Source: Marsupella aquatica (Eukaryota > Plantae > Marchantiophyta). Taken from it: 64,000 nt of DNA. The translations under genes were made by a program, and so were the position numbers. Below the pieces are notes generated by a model. The model was not told the origin of the DNA. It did no database searches and was given only the letters and a program-made list of their open reading frames with translations. Shown piece after piece: positions 13,780 to 25,068 of this stretch; within the stretch, counting starts at the first letter, position 1; every line of letters begins with the position of its first letter. The stretch is taken from contig OZ316893.1 in NCBI GenBank assembly GCA_973895155.1, positions 432,760-496,759 of the forward strand. Direction: 5' to 3'.

Positions 13780-14250
13780 TCAAGACGTTGATGAATGACA
13801 CTCATCATCGACTCCCGCATTGAAGCGATCCTCGTCTTGGCGAAATCCATCCTCTCGCTCAGCGAAAAAATGCGGTCCTGGAAGGCGACTCCTCAGCCTG
13901 CAATTTGGAATGTTGGAGTCAGAAAATCCGACTCGCCCGGTCCATTGTTGAATGCCCCTGAAAAACGCCGTCCGTCCAACCCTATAGACATTGGAAGGAT
14001 CCGGATCGTGAATAGAGAACCGTTCTCTAAAAGACCGGGGAGGAGACGAATCAGGGCATGATTCTGGTTTTGCTTGAAGGCTTATCCCTTCGTCCGAGGC
14101 CAGCCATAGTTGATTCCTCTCCATTGAGGTGATAGGGTGAGGAGTCTCATCGATCGGGACCTCTGAGGCAAGCAAATCAATTGAAGCTTTGCCTTCCAAC
14201 TTTGTGGGGCCGGAAGTTCTCTCACACAAGACTTGCTTTCCTTTCTCCAT
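13780..14250 (-). CDS. Hypothetical MULE accessory ORF or exon (156 aa)
   Basis: Open frame inside the element, bracketed by palindrome copies. No recognisable motif. Confidence 0.35.
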   Translation of the reverse strand: MEKGKQVLCERTSGPTKLEGKASIDLLASEVPIDETPHPITSMERNQLWLASDEGISLQAKPESCPDSSPPRSFRERFSIHDPDPSNVYRVGRTAFFRGIQQWTGRVGFSDSNIPNCRLRSRLPGPHFFAEREDGFRQDEDRFNAGVDDECHSSTS

Positions 14251-14652
14251 GGTCTCTGGATCAATGTCTATGCGGCGCTAAACGCAAAAGAGCTCCTGGA
14301 ATTCCTTGAACATCGGCGATGTCAAACGGAGAGGGTGTAAAATAGAAGAGGGTGTCGAAATACCTACCGTTGCAAAGGAATTCAACCTAGGGAAACAGGT
14401 ACGTATGGTAGTCAAGGTCTTTAAGGATTTTCATCGTACATCAGTACATGTACTTGCAGTTTGGAAAACATTACACTACACTTCACATCAGAAAAAGATA
14501 TGCGGAAGCTAATACCTTTCCCACTTCGTATTTATATAAAATTGATGCGTACAATAAGTAGCGTCCGGCGCTACTATTTTGGAGGAGGTAATCTGTTTTA
14601 AAATCATGAATATATAACTAATCTAATTTAAACTAACCTAATCCAATGTAAT

Positions 14653-14991
14653 CTAATCTCCAGATTCCGACTCACTACTCTCCGATCTATCCGTACTCTC
14701 TGCTTCATCGTCGATAAATTCATTTCGTGCCATATCATCGACAAATGGATGACGGATGAACTTTCTATCCAAACCACGTCTCAATCGCAAGCCCTTATTC
14801 TCCCAGGTCAGGGTTCTTCTACTCTCTTCTTTGCGAGCGGCATACTCTACGTATGAAGGCAATACAAATGGTTTCTCAGGGGTAATGAGGACTTTGCTTG
14901 AAAATTTCCTTCGCAGATTGAACCTCTCGCGAAGATTCCACCCTGACCTGCGAGTCAGTTGAAACACTAAGTACACTTCGAGAGATTCCAA
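14653..14991 (-). CDS. Hypothetical MULE accessory ORF (112 aa, basic core with acidic FIDDEAE tail)
   Basis: ATG-initiated open frame directly downstream of the ParB/MTase gene. Confidence 0.4.
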   Translation of the reverse strand: MESLEVYLVFQLTRRSGWNLRERFNLRRKFSSKVLITPEKPFVLPSYVEYAARKEESRRTLTWENKGLRLRRGLDRKFIRHPFVDDMARNEFIDDEAESTDRSESSESESGD

Positions 14992-15055
14992 TAATTCAAG
15001 TATACAAGATAAAAAGAAAACGGAAAGTTAAGTAATGTAAAAGAGCTTACGGGCA

Positions 15056-18000
15056 TTACTCACAAGAATCTGAATCTTCCGTTTCTCCTTCTGAATTCCC
15101 CTCATCCTTTTTCTCTCCTTCTTTCTGGACATCAATCTCGGCCTCTTCATCAGGTACATCATCTTCTTCTTCTTCGGAATCAAAATTCAGAACAGATCGA
15201 ACTTTATCTTTCACTTTTTTCTCCATGTCTTTGCTCGGACCAGCCTCACTCGATTCTTTCGGGAGGAGCAAGTCAGTGTATATCCTCTCTGCAATAGAAA
15301 CAAATTCCTTGCGATTCTCAATCCCAAGGATGAAACGGCCACAAAAATCACCAGCCACAAATGTACTTCCTGACCCAACCGTCCAGTCCATAATAATATC
15401 TCCCGGACGAGAAATTAACTCCAGGACAAACTGCATGAAACCAACCGGTAGTCGTGCATTCCCTGCAAATGCAGCTTCTAGAACAGGATCCTTCTTCAGA
15501 GTCTGCAGCCCAATGAGGTTTGTGATTGAAGGGTCCTCGGTTGAAGACAAAGGCTTGAACTTTGAATCTTTGGGGACCCTAACCTTTGATGTAACTCGAC
15601 TAAAGATATCAAGTCTTAAGGTGAAAACCTGGAAAATAAACAGTATTCAATATGAGATTTGGTAACATATAGTAATAGTGCCTGGCGCTACCCAAAAGAC
15701 CCTGCGTACACGAGGACATTTACATGTGAACATCAAACATGAAATGAGATCTATTAATAGCACCAAGCGCTAGCAAATGATTCTCTTGATTCAAAAGGAC
15801 AATTACCTGACAATCGCTTTTGGCCATGTACATTGGGGCACCCATAACAACGTTGAGCGTTTTGAGGCACTGGAACTTTTGGGAATCTTGGCTGGCCGAA
15901 ATTACTTGGGAGATCTGGTCATACTCCCCAATGTGCAAAACTGCTAACAACCCATCATTGGCAAGAAATGGGTCCATTGCCCGAAAGAAAGAGCCAACCA
16001 TTCGGTGATCCGGTACATTCCACTTTGGCAATTTTCGGTGAAGCAAAGAAGGTTGCAGACCTGTCGGTAGGTAGACAAAACCCGCATCCACCCCAAAAGA
16101 TCTCAACTTGCCTCCCCTAACTACCCCTTTCTCCCGGAGACCAAGTGTCACTAAGTCTTTTCCCCACTTCTCGACATTCGTCACCCACCTGGGTTTAGTC
16201 TCTTTTGTAAAAATAGAATCAAAAAAGTCCATTAGACTGGACTCAACAAACATATGACGGCAAACTTTGGACTTGAATTGACCAACTTCTTGTTGGACGC
16301 CAGTACATGCATACGAATCTCTAGAAGAAGAACCGAGATCAAGATTTTTCTTCTTCTTTTTTCTGGTGCTTGTGGCATCAACTGGACGATCAATGTTGGT
16401 ATTTGCAGGAGGAGTCTGCTCTTGGGTAGCATCGGCAGCCTCAGTGTTTGCTTTAGATTGATCAGGGGTAATGGTCGTCTTTGCATCTTGAGTTTCTTCT
16501 CCCTCTGATTTCCTACCCCCTGCAGAGAATCGAAAAGGTAAGAACACTGGGAAAACTATAACAGCGCCCGACGCTAGCCAAACATTTACTTTCTAAATTC
16601 TCGTGTATGAGTATACATTTAATAGTTTAAAGTAGCGCTTGGCGCTAACCAAAATCAATGCAAACAACTAAGTGAATTTCAGAGGAAAAGATCAAGAAGA
16701 ACTGCAAAAAGTCATATAACTTACGTTTTCTTCCGGATCTCGTGGATGGACTATTCAATCCTGTATCAACTTTTACTTTTGCGCGAGGTTTTTGGCTCCT
16801 TTCAACATGTAAGACTTTAGTCTCACATATTTTTTGAAGCTCCACTGCAGAAGCTTCAACGTCTCCCACCAATCCTTCCTTCATCTCAGACAACCATTTC
16901 CGAGGAACTAAAGATTTGGACAATTTCAAAAAGGCGTCTTTCTCAGATTCATCAAAAGGTGTATCCCACTTATCAGTATCGTGGTACCAGGAACAGTTTG
17001 TTCGCTCCCAAACGGAAATGTCACGTGGAGGATTGGCTCCTTCTACAGGATACATCGAGTAAACCTCACTGAAATCATCCCCATCCATGACCAACCACCT
17101 TTGGAACGCAGGAGGATAAGCCCAGAAATATTCAGGAGAATTGCTCTCCATGGACAAGAAGAACCGATAAAGGTATCTCTTTGCCCGCTTCTGGTTTCGG
17201 GAAGAAAAATCTTCTTTCTCCCCGTACTTTGACGCCCACATTGTGTTAAAAAACTTTGCCTTGACTGTATCTCCGTAACTTTTGAAATCATTGCAAATCG
17301 TCTGCACTAAAGCATCAAAAGTTTCTACACCTCCTGTGACAAGTCGTTCCGGAGGCATGACAGATTGAACTTGTCTGAGAGCAGTCTGCATCATTCCCAT
17401 TGAAATTCCTTCGATCCAACTCCACATGTGCCAAGTGTGACACCATTGTTTAACTGGTTCGTCGTTCACACTCGGCGGATGGAAAAATTGCTTGCGAAGT
17501 TCGGGCGTGCAATGCGCCACAAGAAGAGTGGAACGCAACTTTGGGTCCAAAGCTGAGACAGCAGTAAAGAGACGAGCACGATCCATCGTGCAAACCACAG
17601 CGTCTGCTTTCCGCTCTCGCTTGTTTTTCTCTGTCAGCGTGTACATTTCCGCACATGTTGACAGAAAATCTTCGAATTCGGGGCTAAGGAGTGGAGTGAT
17701 CTTTGAGGTCTTCACGCTCCATTCTTTTGTGGCCTCCTTCATCATTGCCGCATGACGCTTGGTGACCTCCTCCTTTGACCACGGCCTCCCTTGAGTGTTT
17801 GCAGTCGCCATGTCCAGTTTGAATTGCACAGAGTATGACTTGATCTTGTTCTCGCACAAGATGTACACAAGGGCCTCCAAAGGCATCTTCTTTGTATACC
17901 AAGAGCCTTTCCTTGTCTTTGCGCAAATTGCCTCAAAGCGTTTGAAGTTTCTGGCGTCAATTATCATCTTGTAATAATCAAGGTCATGGGACAGAATCCG

Positions 18001-18843
18001 ACTAATTCTGTCAGCATCGAGGATCCACGACGGTTCTACAACTGCTTGCCCCAATCTGTATACAACCATAATTTGTTAGCGCCAAACGCTAACCAAAATC
18101 CCATAATTGAAAATTTTTCCAAATCAAAGAAAATGACCAACTTACTGATTGACAGTGTGCATGGCGGCTTCAATCTCAATAAGAGAACCTCGATCTCCCT
18201 TGAACACAGTGCATAGCACACAAGGGTGGTACTTGACATTTTCGGGGTTCTCTTTTGTTACCTGTGACCAGGAATACAGACGATGATTCCCGTCGAACAC
18301 ACAAAACATCTTATCTTTTAAGACAAGGAAATCTGGATCTGCTTCTCATTTCTCATTTTGGACAGTCTAGACAGCATCCCAACTCTCGCGGATTTTGGGG
18401 GTACAAAATTGGATGACGCCTTTAGAATCAGCGGGTTGCACGTAGAATCGCATCCCAATAGAGGAGTTGTAACCGGAACTGCGAAATGATTCTTTTAGCT
18501 TCTCGATTGAAGCGCTCTCCTTCTGGAGAGTCCAAACAACTTCCATATTGACCAGGCGACAAAGCGGTATACGCGGAGGGTCCTTGGGCTCTCCTCTGAA
18601 ATCAGTGCCGAACGACATTGCATGTCTGGCAATCACATCTCCCATCGCTAGCGACCCTTCACACCCGTCTTCCATGATGAAATCACTCGAATTCTCCATG
18701 ACACCTCGTCTCTGCGTTGGGAAAGTCTGCGTAGAGTTCCGAAGAGAATGCGATGCAGTCGAGCGAGTAACGCGTCGTGTGTAAACAGAACCAGCGAAAG
18801 ATGTCTCCGATGTTTGAGAATTACCCGGGGAAGTGTTGTCCAT
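15056..18843 (-). pseudogene. Four-exon ParB-like domain + beta-class N4/N6 DNA-methyltransferase-fold protein
   Basis: Phase-consistent GT-AG introns at 18145-18056, 16724-16520 and 15806-15629. Exon 1 has MFCVFDGNHRLYSW (DGNHR at 18280-18294). Exon 3 has VDAGFVYLPTG...FLANDGLLAVLH at the motif IV-VI position. Exon 4 has PVGFMQFVLELISRPGDIIMDWTVGSGST...GRFILGIE (motifs X, I and II). Two in-frame stops in exon 1 (18367, 18346). Start codon uncertain. Confidence 0.72.
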
Positions 18844-19283
18844 ATCTGGATAAAGAGTCTTTGGCCCTAAAATTTGGAGAGTTCTCAGCCACTCACGAAG
18901 GCCTGCAACGTACTGTTGCAACCGAATAGATACGACCCACGTCCGAAACAGCCAGTATGGAGACCGTTTTCCCGCAACAGAATGACACGACAGCAAATCA
19001 CACAGCAAGATCAGATCTGTCAAATTGACCTTTGACAGGAAAAAGATCCAAAAAAGACCGACATCTGACTTAAATATGAATGTTCCATGATGAAAAATAT
19101 CAGGTAATAGAGCAATCGAACCAAAGAGAAAGGGACAGTTGGCATATAGTACTGACGTGGCTACTCAAATGTAACGAAGAATCTCATAATTAACATTCAT
19201 TCAAGAGGTAAAAACGGTCACACAGGCATAAAGTTACCGTTACAAATATTCGTTGGACAGACAACTCGGAGGATAAACATTAA

Positions 19284-19609
19284 TAGCGCCCGACGCTATC
19301 ATAAACATCACTCCTTCTAGACCAAAAAGTATACATATTTTCTGGTGAGTCGACCTGCAATACTAGTAATCCACTGAGTTTCTATAATAGCGCCCGACGC
19401 TATTATTGATTGTTGTCTAACATTCGTAAAATCTTTAAATGTTCCATCATATACATGAGAATCTCTTGTTTTTTTCATTTTCTGCAATAATAGCGCCAGG
19501 CGCTATCAATGTAGAGTATCAAACAAAGTCACGTTTTGCAGAATTCTGATTTTAAATTTCACGCTTTTGAATGACGATCTTGTAGGGTTTTTGCTAGCGC
19601 TTGGCGCTA
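19284..19609. promoter_or_regulatory. Phased array of four palindromes in the divergent intergenic region
   Basis: Start-to-start spacing is 104, 103 and 104 bp, with unrelated AT-rich spacers. The regulatory role is inferred from position. Confidence 0.65.
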
Positions 19610-19826
19610 TTATTCTCCGTTGTGAAAATGTTCGTTAAATTAACGGAAACATTTTGTTTTCAACGGTCATCCATCGCCATTTATCTCAAATTTATCCGTT
19701 GAGTTAAGGGTAAAGTTCTAAATATTTTTTGCGTTCGAGTGTGGTTTCTTCGTTCTTGATGATTTACTTGATGGAAATAATAAACCGAGGTTGGAAACAC
19801 CCTTACCATTTTGCCATTCTGTCAGA

Positions 19827-22800
19827 ATGTCACGGGTTATTAGGGTAAAATGTCTTGAAACGGGAGACATGATTAGCGTTCCTGTGACTTACGGAGATGG
19901 TAATCAGCGTGTGAGTGAAGATTATCTTTGCGGAAGGTTTGATGTTAGGAGGAAAGACATTGAAAGCTTAGGGACAACTGCTGAGGGGGTAGTGAATTCT
20001 TTTTACATTTTTGGTCAAAAATGGTGGGAACTGCACTGCGGTGTCGAGTACACGCTTGTCCTCCGAGGAAAAGTAGTGAAACTAGAGATGGTGGATGCAC
20101 CAACAAAGGTCACTGACCTCACGTTTGATGGCGATAACTCTTCCCCTGTCTCTCAATTGCCGATTGACATTAGGAACATCAAGCGTGAAGAGTGTCATTT
20201 GTTAAAGAATTCATTTCCAATGCATCAATGTAGTACCTCAACGGAAGACAATGGAGGTGACAAGCTTCTTAAATCTCCTTCTCTTGCTATAGTTTACAGA
20301 AGGAGCGCGTTAGATGCCCTTCTGAAATCGACTGGTCAAAGTGAGCTATCTCGATTTGTACGATCAGAGACTTTCAAGCACAAGCAAGTAGAATTTCTTC
20401 CCAAAACTTACAACGGCAATGTCATATTTGAGCTTCCGCCTGTCGATTGTGTGGGTTCAAAGGGGAAGCGTCTCCTTAACATGGACCGTTCAAAGGATTG
20501 CTATCTCTGGACTTGAATTCTTCCTACTTCTGCAAATGTTTTGCCGAAGAAGATGTGGGAGTTTGGTAAAGTCAGCTGTAGCGGATCACTTGAATGCCGA
20601 AACAAATCATGCAAGTTTTATACCAGAACAAATGGTAGGAATTGTAGCTCCTGGGAAGGGACCCCCAAGTTGGGAGGCCAACATTGTCCAGGAAAGTTGA
20701 TTGATTCAGGAGGGATTGTTTATCGGTATTGTCTTCAACTTCCGTTCTGTTTGGACTCCTATTCCGCAAAAATGTTTTACATGTACCCACAAGTTCTCCT
20801 GGATTCGGCGACAATGCAACATATGTCACGCCTCGCAGTGCATATGGGTGTCCATAACCATCCGTGTCGAAAGGTCTGGTCTAGAAGTTCGAAGATGATA
20901 GCGGTCGAAGAGATTCGGAAAGAGCATTTGAAGAATCCTTCTTCCTCGCCAAGTGTTTTGAAAAATGCGATCACTGGATCTCTTAAGGATGCACTAGATG
21001 AATCTATCGATGACATCTCAAAGATGGAAGAGAGTGAGATTTGGCAATCACTTATGCTTGTTTTGACTCCGCAGAAGTTCTCTGCCTTGTTTAAGAGTGT
21101 CCGGAAAGATCAGGCCGGGCGAGGAGACCTCGAATATCTGGTTTGGATGCAGAAGAATGTCAGGTTCCCATTTGTTCAAAAGTATCTACTTCCAGGGCAA
21201 GGCTCTAAGGAGGACCGAGCTCATATTTTCAAAATGACGATCAAAGGGCATGGATCCGGAATAGATTTGTTGCGACAGATGAAAAAGGGTGGACCCCTTG
21301 AAGGTGCGTGGGTGAGTTTTGATGTCATGAAACGAATGTCGAAAGATTGGAGTACTTTTAGCGCCCATGTTTATGACCATAACTATCGAGCTTTATGTAC
21401 AATATTTACGTGTGAGCTGAAAGCGGAGGACACTGAATCTCTCAAGCAAGCATCCAGGAGATTAATGATCTAGGTCGCTTTAGAAAATGGGGTAGATGAT
21501 GTTCAAATTCATGGATTCATGGCTGATAATGCTCAGTCGGGGTGGCATGCGGTCAGAAATGTTTTCTTTGGGGCCCATCCAAATCCGAAGAAAGAGAGAT
21601 CGGATGCTTTTCATTTTTACCAATCTTTGCACCGCCATTCTATCGAAGGAGTGCTTGAAGACAAACATTCTGAGCATCGCCTCCTTTGGGATAAGCTCAG
21701 AAATGCATCAACGTTTGTCGAAGCTTACAGGATTTCCCGAGAAATTGATTTGTGGTGGAGATCTGGCAATTGCATTCCCGGAAAGCTTCGGATGCTGCAG
21801 GGATGGATCTCTTGGTGGGTTGTAAGATGGCGGCAATGGGGAAATTTTATTCGACTTGTAAGTATCACCATTTTTGATTTTATTGAATAGACACTTCCAT
21901 ACTAGCGCCTGGCGCTATTATTAACACCTTATTTTTCTTGATTCTCTCAGCGTTTTGGTCAGCGCCTGGCGCTACCTTTAATTGATACATATTGTTGAAG
22001 AATATCAACTTATCTTCCAAAAGTAGATTTTGAGATTTGACGAACTCTGGCCGTCCTGCAGAGCAAAAGTGCACAAGGAGGGATGATTCCTAACTGCACT
22101 GGATTTGAGGCAGTTCATGGTATCATGAAAGCTTGGCAAGGGAAGAAAACTGTCGGATTATTTGAGGGTTGTAAAATTGACCACAATCGTGCAATCTCTT
22201 AAATTGCTGCTTATACTGCCTATCGGGATGGGTTACATAGAGGAACAGGTCCTACGGTATTTGAGCTAGCTTTCCGTTCAGCGGACCTGGCTGGATCCCC
22301 TCGATTGTTCGAAGAGGCTTCTAATTTGCTACTAGCTAATGCGGCGGAATTTGATTTGGAGAGGAGTACTCCATTGAACGGTGATTTTGTAACCAAATCT
22401 ATCAAAAGAAAAGGTCTAGCGACAGGGAATGTCTCGGCACAAGACTCCCATCGTCATGACACCATTCTGATAACAACACCGAATACACGGGGTTTGAAAC
22501 GGAGAAATCTGAACTCGGCTAAGTTTTCTCATATTCCACCAAGTGTTCCTGAGACATCGATCGATTTGACTGGGAGTGAGGGCCCAAGTGACTTGCTGGA
22601 CGCATCTGCTTCTGGTCCAGGTGAAGAATTTTCCACATTACCAGAAGTCTCTCAAATGGACCAAACTCCAGTCCTCCCTGACACGTCGCTTTTGGAGTCG
22701 GACGTTGAACCTGGGTCTTGGCATCTTCGTCGAATTTCAAGACTTGGGCCTGGTCCTCAGTGTAACGGGACATTGTCAAGTAGATGCGATTGTGATGAGT

Positions 22801-23573
22801 GTCGAAACCGGATTAAGAAGGTTGGATATCCTTCTAATGCTGGAGTGATCGGAATTGTTGCGAAGGGACATCGCCTGTTCAGGAGTGAACCTCATGCCAA
22901 GTTCGTGTGGTTTTGCCCCAACGGCAGTTGTTGGAAAAGCCGCCCACGTCGAGGCATCGCTAACCTGCCTCCTTATCCAGTTTCCTTGCCAGTACTAACA
23001 GGAACACATTTGTCAAACTTGGAGTTACGTTTCCTGGAAGAACAGGGTGTTGCAATCTCCAGACAACACCACCAAAGCATGCCTGCCAACCCTACGCCTT
23101 TTGACTTGAGAATCAATATTGATGTTTTTCCTGAGAAGATCAATATGGCACAAATCAACATCCGTGTTCGAACTAGGAATGGGCGCCCAATGAACCCCAG
23201 ATCAAATCTTACTCAGGAATACCATAGAAGGATCAAATCTACTGCGAAGGAAACAATGACTCTTATCACAGAATTGGACGTTTCCTCGGGGAACTCATAT
23301 GGGAAACGATTACTCATCCAAACACACGCTCATCTAAGGATGGCAAACACTTATTGGGTGCAGATTTGCGTATTCCCTTGTTGCTCTTGTGAGGACTTCT
23401 TTCGCCGACATTCTCGAGGAAGACCTTTCATGCCTTGTAAACATTTGTACTGAGTTTACAAAACAATCTTCAAGCTTGATCCGTTGGATTCGGTCTTACC
23501 AAGCCAGCCAATTTTGACTGTTGGAGAACTCCAGTACATCATAGGAAGGGGGAATTCGCATGGTTTAGAATAA
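19827..23573 (+). pseudogene. MULE-type DDE transposase with N-terminal WRKY/GCM-like Zn module and C-terminal SWIM finger
   Basis: One reading frame across an intron at 21858-22061. Motifs: CSGSLECRNKSC...HMGVHNHP; candidate catalytic residues in WVSFD, FMADNA and TGFEAVH; DAFH at the CxxH position; SWIM CSCEDF...PCKH. In-frame stops at 20514, 21471, 22200 and 23451, no frameshift seen. Confidence 0.82.
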
Positions 23574-24471
23574 TTCTTTTCAATCTACTAGACGTTGAAC
23601 GGGAATTTTTGGGTTGCCGTTTTTAACGGTAACAAATATTTTCTTAGCGGTCGGCGCTAGTTAAAGGCCGGCATTTTGTAATGTTGTTTTATCTGGCAAC
23701 AAGTATTTGGGTAGCGCTCGGCGCTAGTAAAAGGTCTTCTGATATTGTTGTATTCTGCCCTAAAAATATTGGAGTTCTGATTGAACTTGGTCTCCTTTTT
23801 GTCCAAAATTATGTCATGTTTTGTCGATGATAGTAGGTAATCTCCTGTTTTGTTGCACTCTTTTTCCTGTTATGAGCATTACTGTTTCCTGTTTCCTGTC
23901 ACGGAGGTTGGGCCCACAGTGTGATATTCATTCTGTTTTGCTGCAATGAGAACCGTCATCTCCTCGTCAGTCCAATCAGGCAACTTATTCCTTCCTTGAC
24001 GTTGTGGTGTAGTAGACTTGGGATCTGCAGCAATGTTCAGATCCAAATCACGCAATGGCACACCTTGTGAAGCCAAACTTTGGCCTAGAACCTGTCTCTG
24101 ATTTTGGCTTGTCATCTGAAAGGGACACAAATAAGTCAGTGGTGATTTTGCACATCAATATGTTTTAAACATATTCAATGCACAAAACACATCAAGTTCA
24201 TAGAAAGCATATAAAAACAAATTAAAAAAAATTTAAACCACAAGAGTTCTTCAAAAACCAATTGAAATTATTGCAACATGTTAAACCACATGTGTCCTCT
24301 TGAGGCTTTCAATATTTTCAACAAAATGATGAAGCAAAGTTTTATCATATTCATATATAATGATCCACAATATAATCATGGTCTGGAAAAGACAGTGCCA
24401 ATAGTAGGTCAAATAAGTATGACCTTAGAATTACATATCTATCTCTATCTTATGAAGGTAGTTTCATATGT

Positions 24472-25068
24472 TCAGGGCCCAAGGCCAACAGAATCACTCT
24501 CCAAGCAGATTTTCTTCCCAGCTCTTGCAGAAATAGCATCATGCTGATGAGTGGATGGAACTCTTGTACTATTCAACACATAGGGTGTGTCAGAGACCAA
24601 AGAATCTACTACGCAAAGTGGAAGTTTGCCTTTCAAAGCATGTGTATGTCCTGGATCTATTCTGTGCATAGTAATCTCCCAAGTAATCTTGGACAGGTTG
24701 GGAGAAATCGGGACCAAAGGTTCCCGTGCTTCTACTACAAGTTTTCTCTCAGTTGCAGTCTCTGTAGAGATTGTTTTATTCTTATGTCCTCTCCGCTGCA
24801 ACATCTGAACAACCTCTGATTGCAGGACTTCCAATGTCTTGTTCTCGCTGAGAAGCCGATGGTTTTCTGCTTTCAACCTCTCAACCTCGTGTTTCAATTC
24901 CTGGGTCTCTCTATCACGAATTTTGGCATTTAACATGTCCGTCTGCAAAGCAGGCCAAAGGTCTTCACAAAGCATTGACTGCACGTGAGTCAAGTACTCT
25001 TTCGCCTCTTTTATCTTCCCCAAATAATTAGTAGCAAGGCCCTTCAGATTATCTTTGCTAGGCTCCAT
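24472..25068 (-). CDS. Coiled-coil protein or upstream exon within the Harbinger element
   Basis: 198-aa ORF with a heptad-rich segment (ETQELKHEVERLKAENHRLLSENKTLE). A splice-acceptor-like TTTCCTTTCAG lies just upstream. Confidence 0.45.
   Translation of the reverse strand: MEPSKDNLKGLATNYLGKIKEAKEYLTHVQSMLCEDLWPALQTDMLNAKIRDRETQELKHEVERLKAENHRLLSENKTLEVLQSEVVQMLQRRGHKNKTISTETATERKLVVEAREPLVPISPNLSKITWEITMHRIDPGHTHALKGKLPLCVVDSLVSDTPYVLNSTRVPSTHQHDAISARAGKKICLESDSVGLGP

Larger units (their letters stand above)
13538..23726. repeat. 16 dispersed 15-bp palindromes, consensus TAGCGCYnRGCGCTA
   Basis: Starts at 13538, 13722, 14559, 15676, 15758, 16562, 16633, 18077, 19284, 19388, 19491, 19595, 21903, 21960, 23645 and 23712. 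Confidence 0.92.
13406..23915 (+). mobile_element. Mutator-like element (MULE), 10,510 bp, with degenerate TIRs
   Basis: 9-bp TSD ACAGTGTGA at 13397-13405 and 23916-23924. Read inward, both ends give G + 10 nt + CCGTGACAGGAAACA, followed by further ACAGGAAA repeats. It encodes a DDE + SWIM transposase. Confidence 0.9.
7711..24117 (-). pseudogene. Harbinger-associated Myb/SANT-like (trihelix) DNA-binding protein, split by two insertions
   Basis: Removing 13406-23915 and one TSD copy rejoins WTDEEMTVLIAAKQNEYHTV-IMEGSTQKKMTSSKLKWKVVAKFM...RDPNSCKKKWQ. Removing 8121-12782 rejoins the last exon, which has an ENTG...KRK motif and a coiled-coil tail. At least one frameshift near 13230. Confidence 0.8.

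Noticed and set aside
15056-18843. Bacterial contamination or a restriction-modification operon
   Set aside because: The gene has phase-consistent GT-AG introns and lies inside a TSD-bounded MULE inserted in a plant transposon gene.
19284-19609. CRISPR array (palindromic repeats with unique, equal-length spacers)
   Set aside because: The repeats are only 15 bp, the spacers are ~89 bp, there are no cas genes, the context is eukaryotic, and the same motif is dispersed through introns.
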